From assembly GCA_002412425.1 (NCBI GenBank), contig DHVB01000031.1:14782-78781 (forward strand): DNA of 64,000 nt, in the 5' to 3' direction. The notes under the pieces are model-generated. The model was not told where the DNA came from. It was given only the letters and a program-made list of their open reading frames with translations, and ran no database searches. Numbering within the stretch: position 1 is the first letter of the stretch; each line of letters starts with the position of its first letter. Made by a program: the position numbers and the translations under genes. The DNA comes from Bacteroidales bacterium UBA5219. GTDB taxonomy: Bacteria; Bacteroidota; Bacteroidia; Bacteroidales; ML635J-15. Shown here piece by piece: positions 27,408-37,920 of the stretch.

Positions 27408-30400
27408 ATGAATAAGAAATTTGCTGAATATGAGCAACTTGACCTAGCAGCAATTAATGCTGAAATGCAAGAGTTGTGGAAAAAAGAAAATACTTTTGAA
27501 CAAAGTGTAGAAACACGTAAAGATAATAAACCTTTTATATTTTTTGAAGGTCCGCCTTCTGCAAATGGAACTCCTGGCATTCATCATGTTATGGCTCGTG
27601 CTATAAAAGATGTGGTTTGCCGTTACAAAACATTAACTGGCTATCGCGTTGACCGTAAAGCAGGTTGGGATACTCACGGTTTGCCTGTAGAGCTTAGCGT
27701 AGAACAAACTTTGGGAATTACTAAAGAAGATATAGGCAAGAAAATTTCTATTAAAGAATATAATAATACCTGTCGCAAAGAGGTGATGAAATATAAAGAT
27801 TTGTGGGAAAAACTTACAGAACAAATGGGATATTGGGTTGATATGGACAATCCTTATATCACTTGCGACAACCGATATATTGAAACAGTTTGGTATTTGC
27901 TTAAAGATTTATTTGATAAAAATTTACTTTACAAAGGCTATACTATTCAACCTTATTCACCAGCAGCCGGAACAGGTTTAAGTACTCACGAACTTAATCA
28001 ACCTGGTTGTTATAAAGATGTGAAAGACACTACTGTAGTTGCTCTTTTTTCTGTGATTAGAAATGAAATCTCTGAAAAACTTTATAAAAATGCAAATCCA
28101 AATCTTTATATTTTAGCTTGGACTACCACACCTTGGACTCTTCCTTCAAACACCGCTCTTGCTGTTGGTCCAGAAATTAAATATGTAAAAATAAATACTT
28201 TTAATCCTTATTCTGGAAATCCAATTTCGCTTATTGTATGTAAAGATAGAATTTCTGCATATTTTAAAGCCGATATGCAAAATGCTGATTTTGAAGCATA
28301 TAAACCCGGTGATAAAAATATTCCTTGGCAAATTATCGAAGAATATTCTGGCAAAGATTTGGTTGGAGTTTCTTACGAACAATTGATAGATTGGGTAAAA
28401 ACAAAATCACCAGCTTTTAAAGTAATTGCAGGCGACTACGTAACTACCGAAGACGGAACTGGTATAGTGCATATTGCTCCAACTTTTGGTGCTGATGACG
28501 CTCGCGTTGCAAAAGCAGCAGGTATTCCCGCACTTATACTCGACGATAAAGACGGAAATATTTGTCCAATGGTTGATAAACAAGGAAAATTCTTTAGAAT
28601 AGAAGATTTACATCCAGATTTTGTTAAAAACTATGTAAATGTTGAAACATATAAAGATTTTGCTGGCAGATTTGTTAAAAATGAATACGACGAAAATGCA
28701 AATCCCGACATTTCAACCGATGTTGATATTGCTGTAATGTTAAAACTGCAGGACAAAGCTTTCAAAATTGAAAAATATGTTCACAATTATCCTCATTGCT
28801 GGAGAACAGATAAACCAATTTTGTATTATCCTTTAGATTCTTGGTTTGTTAAAACTACAGAACTTAAAGACAGAATGATTGAACTAAATAAAACCATAAA
28901 TTGGAAACCTGTAAGTACTGGAGAAGGTAGATTTGGAAAATGGTTAGAAAATTTGGTTGACTGGAATCTTAGTCGTTCGAGATATTGGGGAACACCTTTG
29001 CCTATCTGGAGTACAGAAGATGGAAGCGAAAGAAAATGTATGGGAAGTGTTAAAGAATTAATGGACGAAATTGCTATTTCTGTTGAAAAAGGTTTTATGT
29101 CTAAAGATTTTTGGAAAGGCTTTGTTCCCGGTGATTATTCAAAAGAAAACTATAAAAAAATAGATTTGCATCGACCTGATGTTGATGAAATTGTTTTAGT
29201 TTCTTCTAAAGGTGAAAAAATGTTTCGCGAACCCGACCTAATTGACGTTTGGTTTGATTCTGGCTCTATGCCTTATGCACAATGGCATTGGCCCTTCGAG
29301 AATAAAGAAGAATTTCCAAATCTTTATCCTGCCGATTTTATTGCCGAAGGTGTTGACCAAACTCGCGGATGGTTTTTTACTTTACACGCAATTTCAACAA
29401 TGGTTTCCGACTCGGTAGCTTTTAAAAATATTATTTCAAATGGCTTAGTCCTCGACAAAGACGGAAACAAAATGTCTAAACGCCTCGGAAATGCTGTTGA
29501 CCCATTTTCGGCAATGGACGAATACGGTGCAGATGCGCTAAGATGGTATATGATTACAAATTCTCAGGCTTGGGATAATTTAAAATTTGATATTTCTGGA
29601 GTTGATGAGGTAAGACGTAAATTTTTTGGAACTATTTACAATACTTACAACTTCTTTGCTCTTTATGCAAATATTGATAACTTTAGAAATTTAGATAAAG
29701 AAATAGAATTTGAAAAACGTCCAGAGCTTGATAAATGGATTTTGAGCTTGCTAAATTCTTTAATTAAAGATGTGGGAAATGCTTACGAAAACTACGAAAA
29801 CACAAGAGCAGGACGTTTAATACAAGATTTTGTAATTGACCACCTAAGCAACTGGTATGTAAGACTTGGACGAAAACGCTATTGGGGTGGAGAATACGAT
29901 GAAGATAAAATTTCGGCTTATCAAACTTTATATACTTGTTTGCTAACAGTTTCAAAATTAGCATCGCCAATAGCACCATTTTATATGGATAAACTTTATA
30001 GAGATTTAATTTCGGTTAACGATAAAGAAAAAGTAAGCTCGGTGCATTTAGCTTATTTCCCAGAAGTAAACGAAGAAATTATTGACAAAGAACTTGAAGA
30101 AAGAATGGAAATGGCACAGTCTATTTCGTCAATGATTTTAAGTTTAAGACGAAAAGCTAATTTTAAGGTTAGACAACCTCTTCAAAAAATTATGATGCCT
30201 ATTATTTCTGATAACTTTGTTGAGCAAATCGAAAAAGTAGAGCAAATTATTAAAACTGAAACAAATATTAAAGAAATAAAATTCTTATCTGATAGTTCTG
30301 ATATTTTGGTTAAGAGTATTAAAGCTAATTTTAAGGTTTTAGGACCAAAATACGGTAAATTGATGAAACAAGTTGCTGCAAAAATTGCAGGAATGTCTCA

Positions 30401-30836
30401 AAAAGAAATTGCAGAATTTGAACGCACAAATAAATTTAGTTTTGTTGTTGAAAATCAAGAAGTTAATCTTGACTTAGATGATGTTGAAATTATTTCTGAA
30501 GATATTCCAGGTTGGTTGGTTGCTAACGAAGGAAAAATTACTGTAGCACTCGACATAAATTTAACACAAGAATTAATAGAAGAAGGAATTGCAAGAGAAT
30601 TTGTAAATAGAATTCAAAATTTAAGAAAAGAAAGTGGATTTAATGTGGTTGATAAAATAAATATTTACATTCTTTCAAATCCTAATCTAAACTCTGCTAT
30701 TACTAAGTTTGATGAATATATTTGTTCACAAACTTTAGCAAATTCTATAAAAATTGTTGATAAAATGGAACAAAAAGATAATATTTCCGTAGAAGTAAAT
30801 AATTTTGAAACGCAATTGAGTGTAACTAAGGTTTAA
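27408..30836 (+). CDS. ileS: isoleucine--tRNA ligase (type 2, long form)
   Basis: PSANGTPGIHHV (HIGH region), KMSKRLGN (KMSKS) and a CP1 editing domain. Length is 1142 aa. Confidence 0.97.
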   Translation: MNKKFAEYEQLDLAAINAEMQELWKKENTFEQSVETRKDNKPFIFFEGPPSANGTPGIHHVMARAIKDVVCRYKTLTGYRVDRKAGWDTHGLPVELSVEQTLGITKEDIGKKISIKEYNNTCRKEVMKYKDLWEKLTEQMGYWVDMDNPYITCDNRYIETVWYLLKDLFDKNLLYKGYTIQPYSPAAGTGLSTHELNQPGCYKDVKDTTVVALFSVIRNEISEKLYKNANPNLYILAWTTTPWTLPSNTALAVGPEIKYVKINTFNPYSGNPISLIVCKDRISAYFKADMQNADFEAYKPGDKNIPWQIIEEYSGKDLVGVSYEQLIDWVKTKSPAFKVIAGDYVTTEDGTGIVHIAPTFGADDARVAKAAGIPALILDDKDGNICPMVDKQGKFFRIEDLHPDFVKNYVNVETYKDFAGRFVKNEYDENANPDISTDVDIAVMLKLQDKAFKIEKYVHNYPHCWRTDKPILYYPLDSWFVKTTELKDRMIELNKTINWKPVSTGEGRFGKWLENLVDWNLSRSRYWGTPLPIWSTEDGSERKCMGSVKELMDEIAISVEKGFMSKDFWKGFVPGDYSKENYKKIDLHRPDVDEIVLVSSKGEKMFREPDLIDVWFDSGSMPYAQWHWPFENKEEFPNLYPADFIAEGVDQTRGWFFTLHAISTMVSDSVAFKNIISNGLVLDKDGNKMSKRLGNAVDPFSAMDEYGADALRWYMITNSQAWDNLKFDISGVDEVRRKFFGTIYNTYNFFALYANIDNFRNLDKEIEFEKRPELDKWILSLLNSLIKDVGNAYENYENTRAGRLIQDFVIDHLSNWYVRLGRKRYWGGEYDEDKISAYQTLYTCLLTVSKLASPIAPFYMDKLYRDLISVNDKEKVSSVHLAYFPEVNEEIIDKELEERMEMAQSISSMILSLRRKANFKVRQPLQKIMMPIISDNFVEQIEKVEQIIKTETNIKEIKFLSDSSDILVKSIKANFKVLGPKYGKLMKQVAAKIAGMSQKEIAEFERTNKFSFVVENQEVNLDLDDVEIISEDIPGWLVANEGKITVALDINLTQELIEEGIAREFVNRIQNLRKESGFNVVDKINIYILSNPNLNSAITKFDEYICSQTLANSIKIVDKMEQKDNISVEVNNFETQLSVTKV

Positions 30837-30854
30837 TGTTTAAAAAATTTGATT

Positions 30855-31241
30855 ATGAGTAAAGAAGAAGAAAAAACCAGATACAGCTATGAAGAGCTAA
30901 TGGAATTTAAGGAAATTATTCTTAAAAAACTTGAAAAAGCAAATCGTGATTACGAATTATATAAAAGCATGTTAAGTCACGAAGACACTAACGATATAAT
31001 GGACACATCGCCAACTTTCAAAGTTTTGGAAGAAGCTGCAAATGTATTATCTAAAGAAGAAATTGGCAAAATTGCCCAAAGGCAGTTAAAATTTATTCAA
31101 CATTTACAAGCAGCTCTTGCGCGAATTGAAACAGGTACTTACGGTGTTTGTAGAGAAACAGGAAAATTAATCTCAAAAGAAAGACTTAGAGCAGTTCCTC
31201 ATGCAACACTTAGCATGGATGCAAAAATGAATAGAAAATAA
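30855..31241 (+). CDS. TraR/DksA-family C4 zinc-finger protein
   Basis: C-terminal TGTYGVCRETGKLISKERLRAVPHATLS. Its position downstream of ileS is conserved in Bacteroidota. I chose the ATG at 30855 over the TTG at 30849. Confidence 0.8.
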   Translation: MSKEEEKTRYSYEELMEFKEIILKKLEKANRDYELYKSMLSHEDTNDIMDTSPTFKVLEEAANVLSKEEIGKIAQRQLKFIQHLQAALARIETGTYGVCRETGKLISKERLRAVPHATLSMDAKMNRK

Positions 31242-31286
31242 AATTATGGTTTTAACAAAAAAATCATAGCTGTTAGCCTTAGTTTT

Positions 31287-32846
31287 TCACTTTTTTCTTC
31301 CTCTATAAAGTTTTACTCCGTCTATTTTGATTAGTCTATCATTTCTGTATGTGTAGGTAGTAAGCAGTGAGCCGTCAGGATTGTATTTTTTCCAATCTTT
31401 ATTTTTCTTACCCATGCGATAAGTACCGTATATTTCGATATTTCCATTAGGATAATACCATTTGTGGATGCCGTCTGGTTCGTTATTTTTAAAATTTCCT
31501 ACAAATCTTATTTTATTATTGTCGATATAATGATATTTCCAAATGCCGGTTTTTTCGTCTAAATTATAATTTCCTCTTTTTTCAATTTCTCCCACATAAA
31601 TTATCCATTCGTCTTTTCGTGCATCGTCAAAATACTGACCAGCTAAAATTAAATTTCCTACAGAGTCGTATTCGGCATATTCGCCTTCGCGTTTTCCGTA
31701 GATAAAGTTTTCTTTTCTTTTTGTAGCACCATTTTCGTAAGTCCAAATCCATTCTCTATCTGGTTTACCTTCAGAGTAATAGCCTTCAAGTTCGACATTT
31801 CCATTTTTATAATAAAAAATCCATTTCCCGTCTTGTTTTCCGTCAACATAATTTCCTTCGCCAAAATAATATGAGTTAAAATCATCATATAATTTCCACA
31901 ATCCTGTACGTTTACCGTTATTATCGAACAAACCTTGACCCAAAAATTCGCCTTCGGAAGTATATTCTTTTGCTATTTTTACATGTCCTTGCTCGTCATA
32001 TTCTTTATGAATTCCAACGGGTTTATCTTCTAAAAAAGCACCTTCAAATTTAATTTTTCCATCGGGGTAGTATGCTTTTTTAATTTCAGCTTTTAAAACA
32101 ATTTCTTCTTCTTGTGCCAATTCTGGAACGTACAATTCGCCGTTTACATATCTTTGTTCTGTTAGCATTTTACCATCTATATCATATTCCCTATGGTAGC
32201 CGTGTAAAATGTCGTTTATATAGTTGTATTCTATTTTTTTATTTCCGTTAGTATAAAACTCAATCCAAGTTCCTTGCTTACGTTTTTGGGCATCAGTTCT
32301 ATTTATTTTTTTAGCTTCAACCTCATAGCCGTTATAATATTTGAATAGAGTAATTACTGTGCTGTCTTTGTTAAATTCTTTAGCGTCTCCATCTTTTTTA
32401 TCGGTTTTATATGAAAATATATATTGTAATTTTCCATCAGTTGAGTAGTAAAATGAAGTCCCTTCACGCAGACCGTTTAGAAAAAGTTCTTTTGAAAACA
32501 GGTAATGATGTTTAACAGAATCTTCGTCATAAAAATACTTGTAGTGAAGGGAGTAGCCATTTTTTTTGTCTTTACGATAGTTTATAGAGTTTTCAATAAG
32601 TCCATCAGGGTAGTAAAAATTCCAAATGCTGTCCAATTCAAAAAACAGTCGATTTCCTTCAGATTTTAGAGTACCGTCTTCGTAATAATTTTTCCAATAA
32701 CCATCAGGTTTTCCCTCACGAATATAACCTTCAGCCGATATATTTCCATTTGGATAAAAATATCTTGTAAACTCATACTCATTGTTTTGGCAAAAAACGC
32801 TAAAACCAATAAGCAAAAAGAATAATATATTTAAAAAAATCTTCAC
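31287..32846 (-). CDS. MORN-variant repeat protein (YwqK-family-like), secreted
   Basis: Signal peptide and more than 12 repeats of the YxNGxxxxEGxxxxGKxDGxW type. Confidence 0.75.
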   Translation of the reverse strand: MKIFLNILFFLLIGFSVFCQNNEYEFTRYFYPNGNISAEGYIREGKPDGYWKNYYEDGTLKSEGNRLFFELDSIWNFYYPDGLIENSINYRKDKKNGYSLHYKYFYDEDSVKHHYLFSKELFLNGLREGTSFYYSTDGKLQYIFSYKTDKKDGDAKEFNKDSTVITLFKYYNGYEVEAKKINRTDAQKRKQGTWIEFYTNGNKKIEYNYINDILHGYHREYDIDGKMLTEQRYVNGELYVPELAQEEEIVLKAEIKKAYYPDGKIKFEGAFLEDKPVGIHKEYDEQGHVKIAKEYTSEGEFLGQGLFDNNGKRTGLWKLYDDFNSYYFGEGNYVDGKQDGKWIFYYKNGNVELEGYYSEGKPDREWIWTYENGATKRKENFIYGKREGEYAEYDSVGNLILAGQYFDDARKDEWIIYVGEIEKRGNYNLDEKTGIWKYHYIDNNKIRFVGNFKNNEPDGIHKWYYPNGNIEIYGTYRMGKKNKDWKKYNPDGSLLTTYTYRNDRLIKIDGVKLYRGRKK

Positions 32847-32999
32847 GGTGTAAATTTAATTAATTAATATTTATCAGCAATGGAGTTTGTGAAGATTGTG
32901 AAGTTGGAATTTTAGACACATATGTAATTTACTTGCTATCAACAAATTTTGTTGGTAAAAAATTTTTGGAAAAGTAGGGGATTGTTGGATTTTGTGTTG

Positions 33000-33007
33000 T
33001 ATATTTG
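33000..33007 (+). promoter_or_regulatory. TAtaTTTG -7 box upstream of the AbiJ-like gene
   Basis: Matches the consensus and lies 57 nt upstream of the ATG at 33064. Confidence 0.3.
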
Positions 33008-33063
33008 TGCGGAAGTGAGGGGGAAATTTTAAAAACTATGTTTAATTAAAATAAAATTAAAAT

Positions 33064-33912
33064 ATGAGATTTTCAGAAAGAATAGGTAAACGACAGATGA
33101 AAGTTGATATACAAATTAATTCTATGGATATTGAACTTAAAAATAGTATTTGGAATGTAGTATACGTGTTTTTGATAGAGCCAATGATAAAAGGTACGTT
33201 GGCACCAAAAGATAAGAATTTTATAAAATATATTTGGTTTTCTTTCTTTAGAGAGCCTGTTGATCAAATACCATTTTTTAATTCTGTAGGTATAGCAAAA
33301 GAACTACGAAAGAGATTTTTTGGTTGGGACTATCTTGAAGTTTATGATTTTATTGATTTCTTAGCATCAAGTGAAAATTTGCCATTTAGTAGCCTTAGGT
33401 TTACTCAAGCATGTAACAACGTTTTAGAAAGAGAACTTTCAGCCTATCGTTTCGTTAGTGGGCAGCTTGCACCAATAACTAATAAAGTAGAAATTTCAGA
33501 GATAGAAAAAGCAATATCAGATTCTATTGACAACAATTTAAAAGGTGTAAATATTCACTTAACTAATGCTTTAGATAAACTTTCTGATAAAAAGAATCCT
33601 GACTATCGAAATTCAATTAAGGAATCTATTTCTGCAGTTGAATCAATATGTCAACAAATTACAGGTGAATCTAATGCAGAATTAGGAAAAACTATCAAAA
33701 AGTTGAAAGATAAATTTCCTATTCATAGTGCATTGGAGCAAGGATTTATTAAATTATATGGTTGGACAAGTGATGGAGATGGTATAAGACATGCTATGAT
33801 GGAAGAATCTAATTTAGATCAAGAAGATGCACTTTATATGTTGGTGTCTTGCAGTGCATTTATTAATTACTTGATTACAAAAACTAATAAATTTGGAATA
33901 GAAATAAAATAA
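33064..33912 (+). CDS. AbiJ-like protein (AbiJ-NTD4-type N-terminus, HEPN-like C-terminus)
   Basis: The N-terminus (MRFSERIGKR...DIELKNSIWNV) and C-terminus (KESISAVESICQQITG...LYGWTSDGDGIRHA...) resemble AbiJ-type proteins as I remember them. This was not verified by search. Confidence 0.5.
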   Translation: MRFSERIGKRQMKVDIQINSMDIELKNSIWNVVYVFLIEPMIKGTLAPKDKNFIKYIWFSFFREPVDQIPFFNSVGIAKELRKRFFGWDYLEVYDFIDFLASSENLPFSSLRFTQACNNVLERELSAYRFVSGQLAPITNKVEISEIEKAISDSIDNNLKGVNIHLTNALDKLSDKKNPDYRNSIKESISAVESICQQITGESNAELGKTIKKLKDKFPIHSALEQGFIKLYGWTSDGDGIRHAMMEESNLDQEDALYMLVSCSAFINYLITKTNKFGIEIK

Positions 33913-33940
33913 TTGCGATAAATAATATGTAGAGATTTAC

Positions 33941-34735
33941 ATGAGAAGAAATGATCAAATAGAATTTTTAAGAAAAAAGAGTTACATCTATTTAAATGAA
34001 ATAGGACAAGGTGGAACAGGCAGAACTATTCTTATAAAAGATGAAATAATAGATGAAGTTTTTGTGTGCAAAAAATATTCTCCATACTATCAAGAAAACA
34101 AAGATACTTATTTTGAATATTTTTTAAATGAAATTAAGCTTTTACACAAGATTTATCATAAAAATATAGTCAGAGTTTTCAATTATTATTTATATCCTGA
34201 AAATAAAACAGGATATATTCTTATGGAGTTCATTAAAGGGAAAAATATTGATGACTATATTTTGGAAAATCCAGATAAGTTGAATGATTTATTTGTTCAG
34301 ACAATAAATGGTTTCACACACTTGGAAGAGAATAAAATTTTACATCGAGACATTAGACCTAACAATATCTTAGTAACAGATGATGGTATTATTAAAATAA
34401 TAGACTTTGGATTCGGAAAAATAATTGATTTTAATGACATAGATAAGAGCATTTCATTAAATTGGTATTACTCAAAACCTGATGAATTTGATAGAAAAAT
34501 ATATGATGTAAAAACAGAAATTTATTTTGTAGGTAAGTTGTTTGAAAAAATATTACTAAAGTTTTCAAATATAGATTTTAAATACAAATCGTTAGTTTCA
34601 ATGATGATTTCAAATTACTCTGAACGTATTCCAACTTTTTTTAATATTTATAGAGAAATAATAAGTGAAACACAAAATGAGATTAATTTTCCGAAACAGA
34701 AAAATCTATTTATAGAGAATTTGCAAACAATTTAG
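33941..34735 (+). CDS. Ser/Thr protein kinase domain protein with a disrupted 3' region
   Basis: GQGGTGRT G-loop, VCKKY, HRDIRPNNILV and IIDFGFGK. The coding signal continues in another frame (34687-34887, then 34888-35058 after a TAA). Confidence 0.8.
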   Translation: MRRNDQIEFLRKKSYIYLNEIGQGGTGRTILIKDEIIDEVFVCKKYSPYYQENKDTYFEYFLNEIKLLHKIYHKNIVRVFNYYLYPENKTGYILMEFIKGKNIDDYILENPDKLNDLFVQTINGFTHLEENKILHRDIRPNNILVTDDGIIKIIDFGFGKIIDFNDIDKSISLNWYYSKPDEFDRKIYDVKTEIYFVGKLFEKILLKFSNIDFKYKSLVSMMISNYSERIPTFFNIYREIISETQNEINFPKQKNLFIENLQTI

Positions 34736-35212
34736 TACGGATAATTTCTAAAAAACACCCTGATACAAAATATAAAAGAGATATTAACAAAATAATTAAG
34801 TCATTAGAAGAAATCTATAAAAATTCAATACTAGAAGAAAATATACAAAACAATAATAAATTAATAAATGTGTTTTTAGATAATTAATATTTGTATTTTT
34901 CTAAAATCTTATTCAAAGTCGAAATTTTATATTCAATGATTAAATTATTAAAATCAAGTTCTGACGATAGGAAGAAGGTAATTTTAAATAATCTATGGGA
35001 AAGATTAGATACAATTGAAAACTATTATGAAGATATTAATGACATGCAATTTTATTAAAAAGGAAAAGAATAACTTATTTCAATAAAAATAAAGTTATTC
35101 TCCTTTTCCCCCACCCAAAACCAATTTAATCTAACATTTTCCTAAATAATTTTGCTTGCATAATTGTATAAAATTGTTAGTTTTGAGATTTATTTTAAAT
35201 ATTAGTAAGAAA

Positions 35213-36751
35213 GTGAGCAAAAAAGACACTCAAGTAGGAGAACCTTTAGAAAAACAACTTTGGAAAGCTGCAGATAAGTTGAGAAAAAACATTGATGCTG
35301 CCGTATATAAGCATGTGGTATTGGGATTGATTTTTTTAAAATACATTTCAGATGCCTTTGAAGAATTGTATGCTAAGTTAAAAGAGGAAGAAGCACAAGG
35401 AGCCGACCCAGAAGATAAAGACGAATACAAAGCAGAAAATGTTTTCTTTGTACCTCAGGCAGCACGTTGGCAATTACTGTTATCAAAAGCAAAACAACCC
35501 GATATTGGTAAATATGTTGATGATGCAATGGATGCCATAGAAAAAGAGAATGCTTCTTTAAAAGGAGTTTTGCCAAAAGTATATGCTCGACAAAATTTAG
35601 ACCCAACAAGTTTAGGCGAATTAATTGATTTGGTAAGCAATATTGCACTTGGTGATGCCAAAGCTCGCAGTGCAGATGTGCTTGGACATGTTTTTGAATA
35701 TTTTCTTGGTGAGTTTGCACTTGCCGAAGGTAAAAAAGGAGGGCAATTCTACACTCCTAAAAGTGTTGTTGAATTATTGGTTGCAATGTTACAACCATAT
35801 AAAGGACGTGTTTTCGACCCATGTTGTGGTTCTGGTGGAATGTTTGTACAAAGCGAAAGATTTGTTACCGAGCATCAGGGAAAAGTGAACGACATTTCTA
35901 TTTATGGGCAAGAAAGTAATCAGACCACTTGGCGTTTGTGTAAGATGAATCTTGCCATTAGAGGTATTGATAGTTCACAGGTAAAATGGAATAGCGAAGG
36001 CTCATTTTTGAACGATGCACATAAAGATTTAAAAGCTGATTATATTATTGCCAATCCACCTTTTAATGTAAGTGATTGGGGAGGCGAATTATTGCGTAAA
36101 GATGGACGTTGGCAATATGGAGTACCGCCTGTTGGTAATGCTAACTATGCTTGGATTCAGCATTTTCTTTATCATTTAGCACCCAATGGGCAAGCCGGAT
36201 TTGTATTGGCAAAAGGCTCGCTTACATCGAAAACATCGGGGGAAGGGGGTATTCGTAAAGCATTAATAGAAAATAACCTGATTGACTGCATTGTAAACCT
36301 GCCTGCAAAGCTTTTTTTGAATACGCAAATACCCGCTTCTCTTTGGTTTATGAACCGTAACCGTACAAACGGAAAATTTAGAGACCGCAGCAAGGAAATT
36401 TTGTTTATTGATGCACGAAACTTAGGTTATTTGATAAACCGCCGAACCAAAGAACTTTCGCAAGAAGATATTCAAAAAATTGCAGAAACTTATCACAATT
36501 GGAGAAACCCAGATGGTAAATACGAAGATATTGCTGGTTTTTGTGCTTCTACTCCAATTAGCAAAGTGGCTGAATTAGACTATGTACTTACTCCAGGTCG
36601 TTACGTTGGATTGCCAGAAGATGAGGACGACTTTAATTTTAACGAGCGTTTTACTGCCCTGAAAGCTGAATTGGAAGAACAGCTAAAGGAAGAAATACGT
36701 TTGAATGAAATCATTTCCACTAACCTTTCAAAGATTAAGACAAATGAGTGA
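35213..36751 (+). CDS. hsdM: type I R-M DNA methyltransferase subunit M (second system)
   Basis: [14 protein letters not shown]-terminus, motif [11 protein letters not shown] and motif [11 protein letters not shown] chose the GTG at 35213 because the track's N-terminal extension looks non-native. Confidence 0.95.
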   Translation: MSKKDTQVGEPLEKQLWKAADKLRKNIDAAVYKHVVLGLIFLKYISDAFEELYAKLKEEEAQGADPEDKDEYKAENVFFVPQAARWQLLLSKAKQPDIGKYVDDAMDAIEKENASLKGVLPKVYARQNLDPTSLGELIDLVSNIALGDAKARSADVLGHVFEYFLGEFALAEGKKGGQFYTPKSVVELLVAMLQPYKGRVFDPCCGSGGMFVQSERFVTEHQGKVNDISIYGQESNQTTWRLCKMNLAIRGIDSSQVKWNSEGSFLNDAHKDLKADYIIANPPFNVSDWGGELLRKDGRWQYGVPPVGNANYAWIQHFLYHLAPNGQAGFVLAKGSLTSKTSGEGGIRKALIENNLIDCIVNLPAKLFLNTQIPASLWFMNRNRTNGKFRDRSKEILFIDARNLGYLINRRTKELSQEDIQKIAETYHNWRNPDGKYEDIAGFCASTPISKVAELDYVLTPGRYVGLPEDEDDFNFNERFTALKAELEEQLKEEIRLNEIISTNLSKIKTNE

Positions 36752-37898
36752 GTGGAAAGAATATATACTTGAAGATGTAATCGAAAAATTTATAGATTAC
36801 AGGGGGAAAACTCCAAGAAAGACAAGTTTTGGAATTCCTTTAATGACTGCAAAAATCATAAAAGGAGGTCGGTTATTAGAACCAACGGAATATATTGCTA
36901 AAGAAGACTATTTTGATTGGATGACAAGAGGTTTCCCTGAAATTAATGACGTTTTATTAACTACAGAAGCTCCATTAGGTGAAGTTGCATTAGTGAAAGA
37001 TAAAAATGTGGCTTTAGGTCAAAGAATAATTACCCTTCAAACAAGAAAAGACTTATGTGATAGTGTTTTCCTAAAGTACTATTTGCAAAGTTTTGAAGGA
37101 CAGGCAACATTACAATCAAGAGCATCTGGTAGTACTGTTGAAGGTATTAAATCTGCAGAATTAAAAAAAATCGAAATTTCACTTCCACCATTAACCGAAC
37201 AAAAAAATATAGCCTTAATTCTATTTAATCTCGATAATAAAATTGACTTATTGCACCGCCAAAACGCCACCCTCGAAAAAATGGCGGAAACGCTGTTTAG
37301 GCAGTGGTTTGTGGAAGAAGCGAAGGAGGATTGGGAAACAATGCCTTTGAGCCAAATGGCTAATTTTTTAAATGGTTTAGCCTGTCAAAAGTTCCCGCCA
37401 AAAAATGAAATAGATAAGCTGCCTGTTTTAAAAATAAAAGAGTTAAGCAGTGGCATAACTGAAAATTCAGATTGGGCAAGCACAGATATAAAACCTGAAT
37501 ATTTTGTAAGAAATGGAGATGTTATTTTCGCTTGGTCTGCTTCTTTAATGGTTAAAATTTGGGATGGTCAGGATTGTATTCTCAATCAGCATTTGTTTAA
37601 AGTAACATCTAAAGATTATCCAAAGTGGTTTTACTATTTGTGGTGCAAGCACCACTTAGCAGAATTTATTTCAATTGCTGCAAGTCACGCAACCACAATG
37701 GGACATATTAAACGTGGTGATTTGGATGAAGCATTAGTTCTCATTCCTAATGAAGAGGATTTGAGTGCAATGACCCAAAAAGTTGACCCAATAATTGAAA
37801 AAGTAATTACAAATCAAACCCAAATCCTAACCCTCACGGCTTTGCGAGATACTTTATTGCCTAAGTTGATGAGTGGGGAGGTGAGGGTGGAAAAATAA
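36744..37898 (+). CDS. hsdS: type I R-M specificity subunit S (second system)
   Basis: Two TRDs with conserved [11 protein letters not shown] and [14 protein letters not shown] helices. The ATG at 36744 overlaps the hsdM stop (ATGAGTGA). Confidence 0.9.
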   Translation: MSEWKEYILEDVIEKFIDYRGKTPRKTSFGIPLMTAKIIKGGRLLEPTEYIAKEDYFDWMTRGFPEINDVLLTTEAPLGEVALVKDKNVALGQRIITLQTRKDLCDSVFLKYYLQSFEGQATLQSRASGSTVEGIKSAELKKIEISLPPLTEQKNIALILFNLDNKIDLLHRQNATLEKMAETLFRQWFVEEAKEDWETMPLSQMANFLNGLACQKFPPKNEIDKLPVLKIKELSSGITENSDWASTDIKPEYFVRNGDVIFAWSASLMVKIWDGQDCILNQHLFKVTSKDYPKWFYYLWCKHHLAEFISIAASHATTMGHIKRGDLDEALVLIPNEEDLSAMTQKVDPIIEKVITNQTQILTLTALRDTLLPKLMSGEVRVEK

Positions 37899-37920
37899 TT
37901 TATGATAAAGAAAAATTGAC

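Noticed and set aside
35156-35212. N-terminal extension of the second hsdM ([19 protein letters not shown])
   Set aside because: It is hydrophobic and not HsdM-like. The GTG at 35213 gives a canonical SKK...[14 protein letters not shown]-terminus.
9057-37898. Phase-variable hsdS shufflon (inverted partial hsdS copies)
   Set aside because: The two hsdS genes are on the same strand, belong to different subfamilies and share no nucleotide repeats that I could see. No silent hsdS fragments and no recombinase gene are present.
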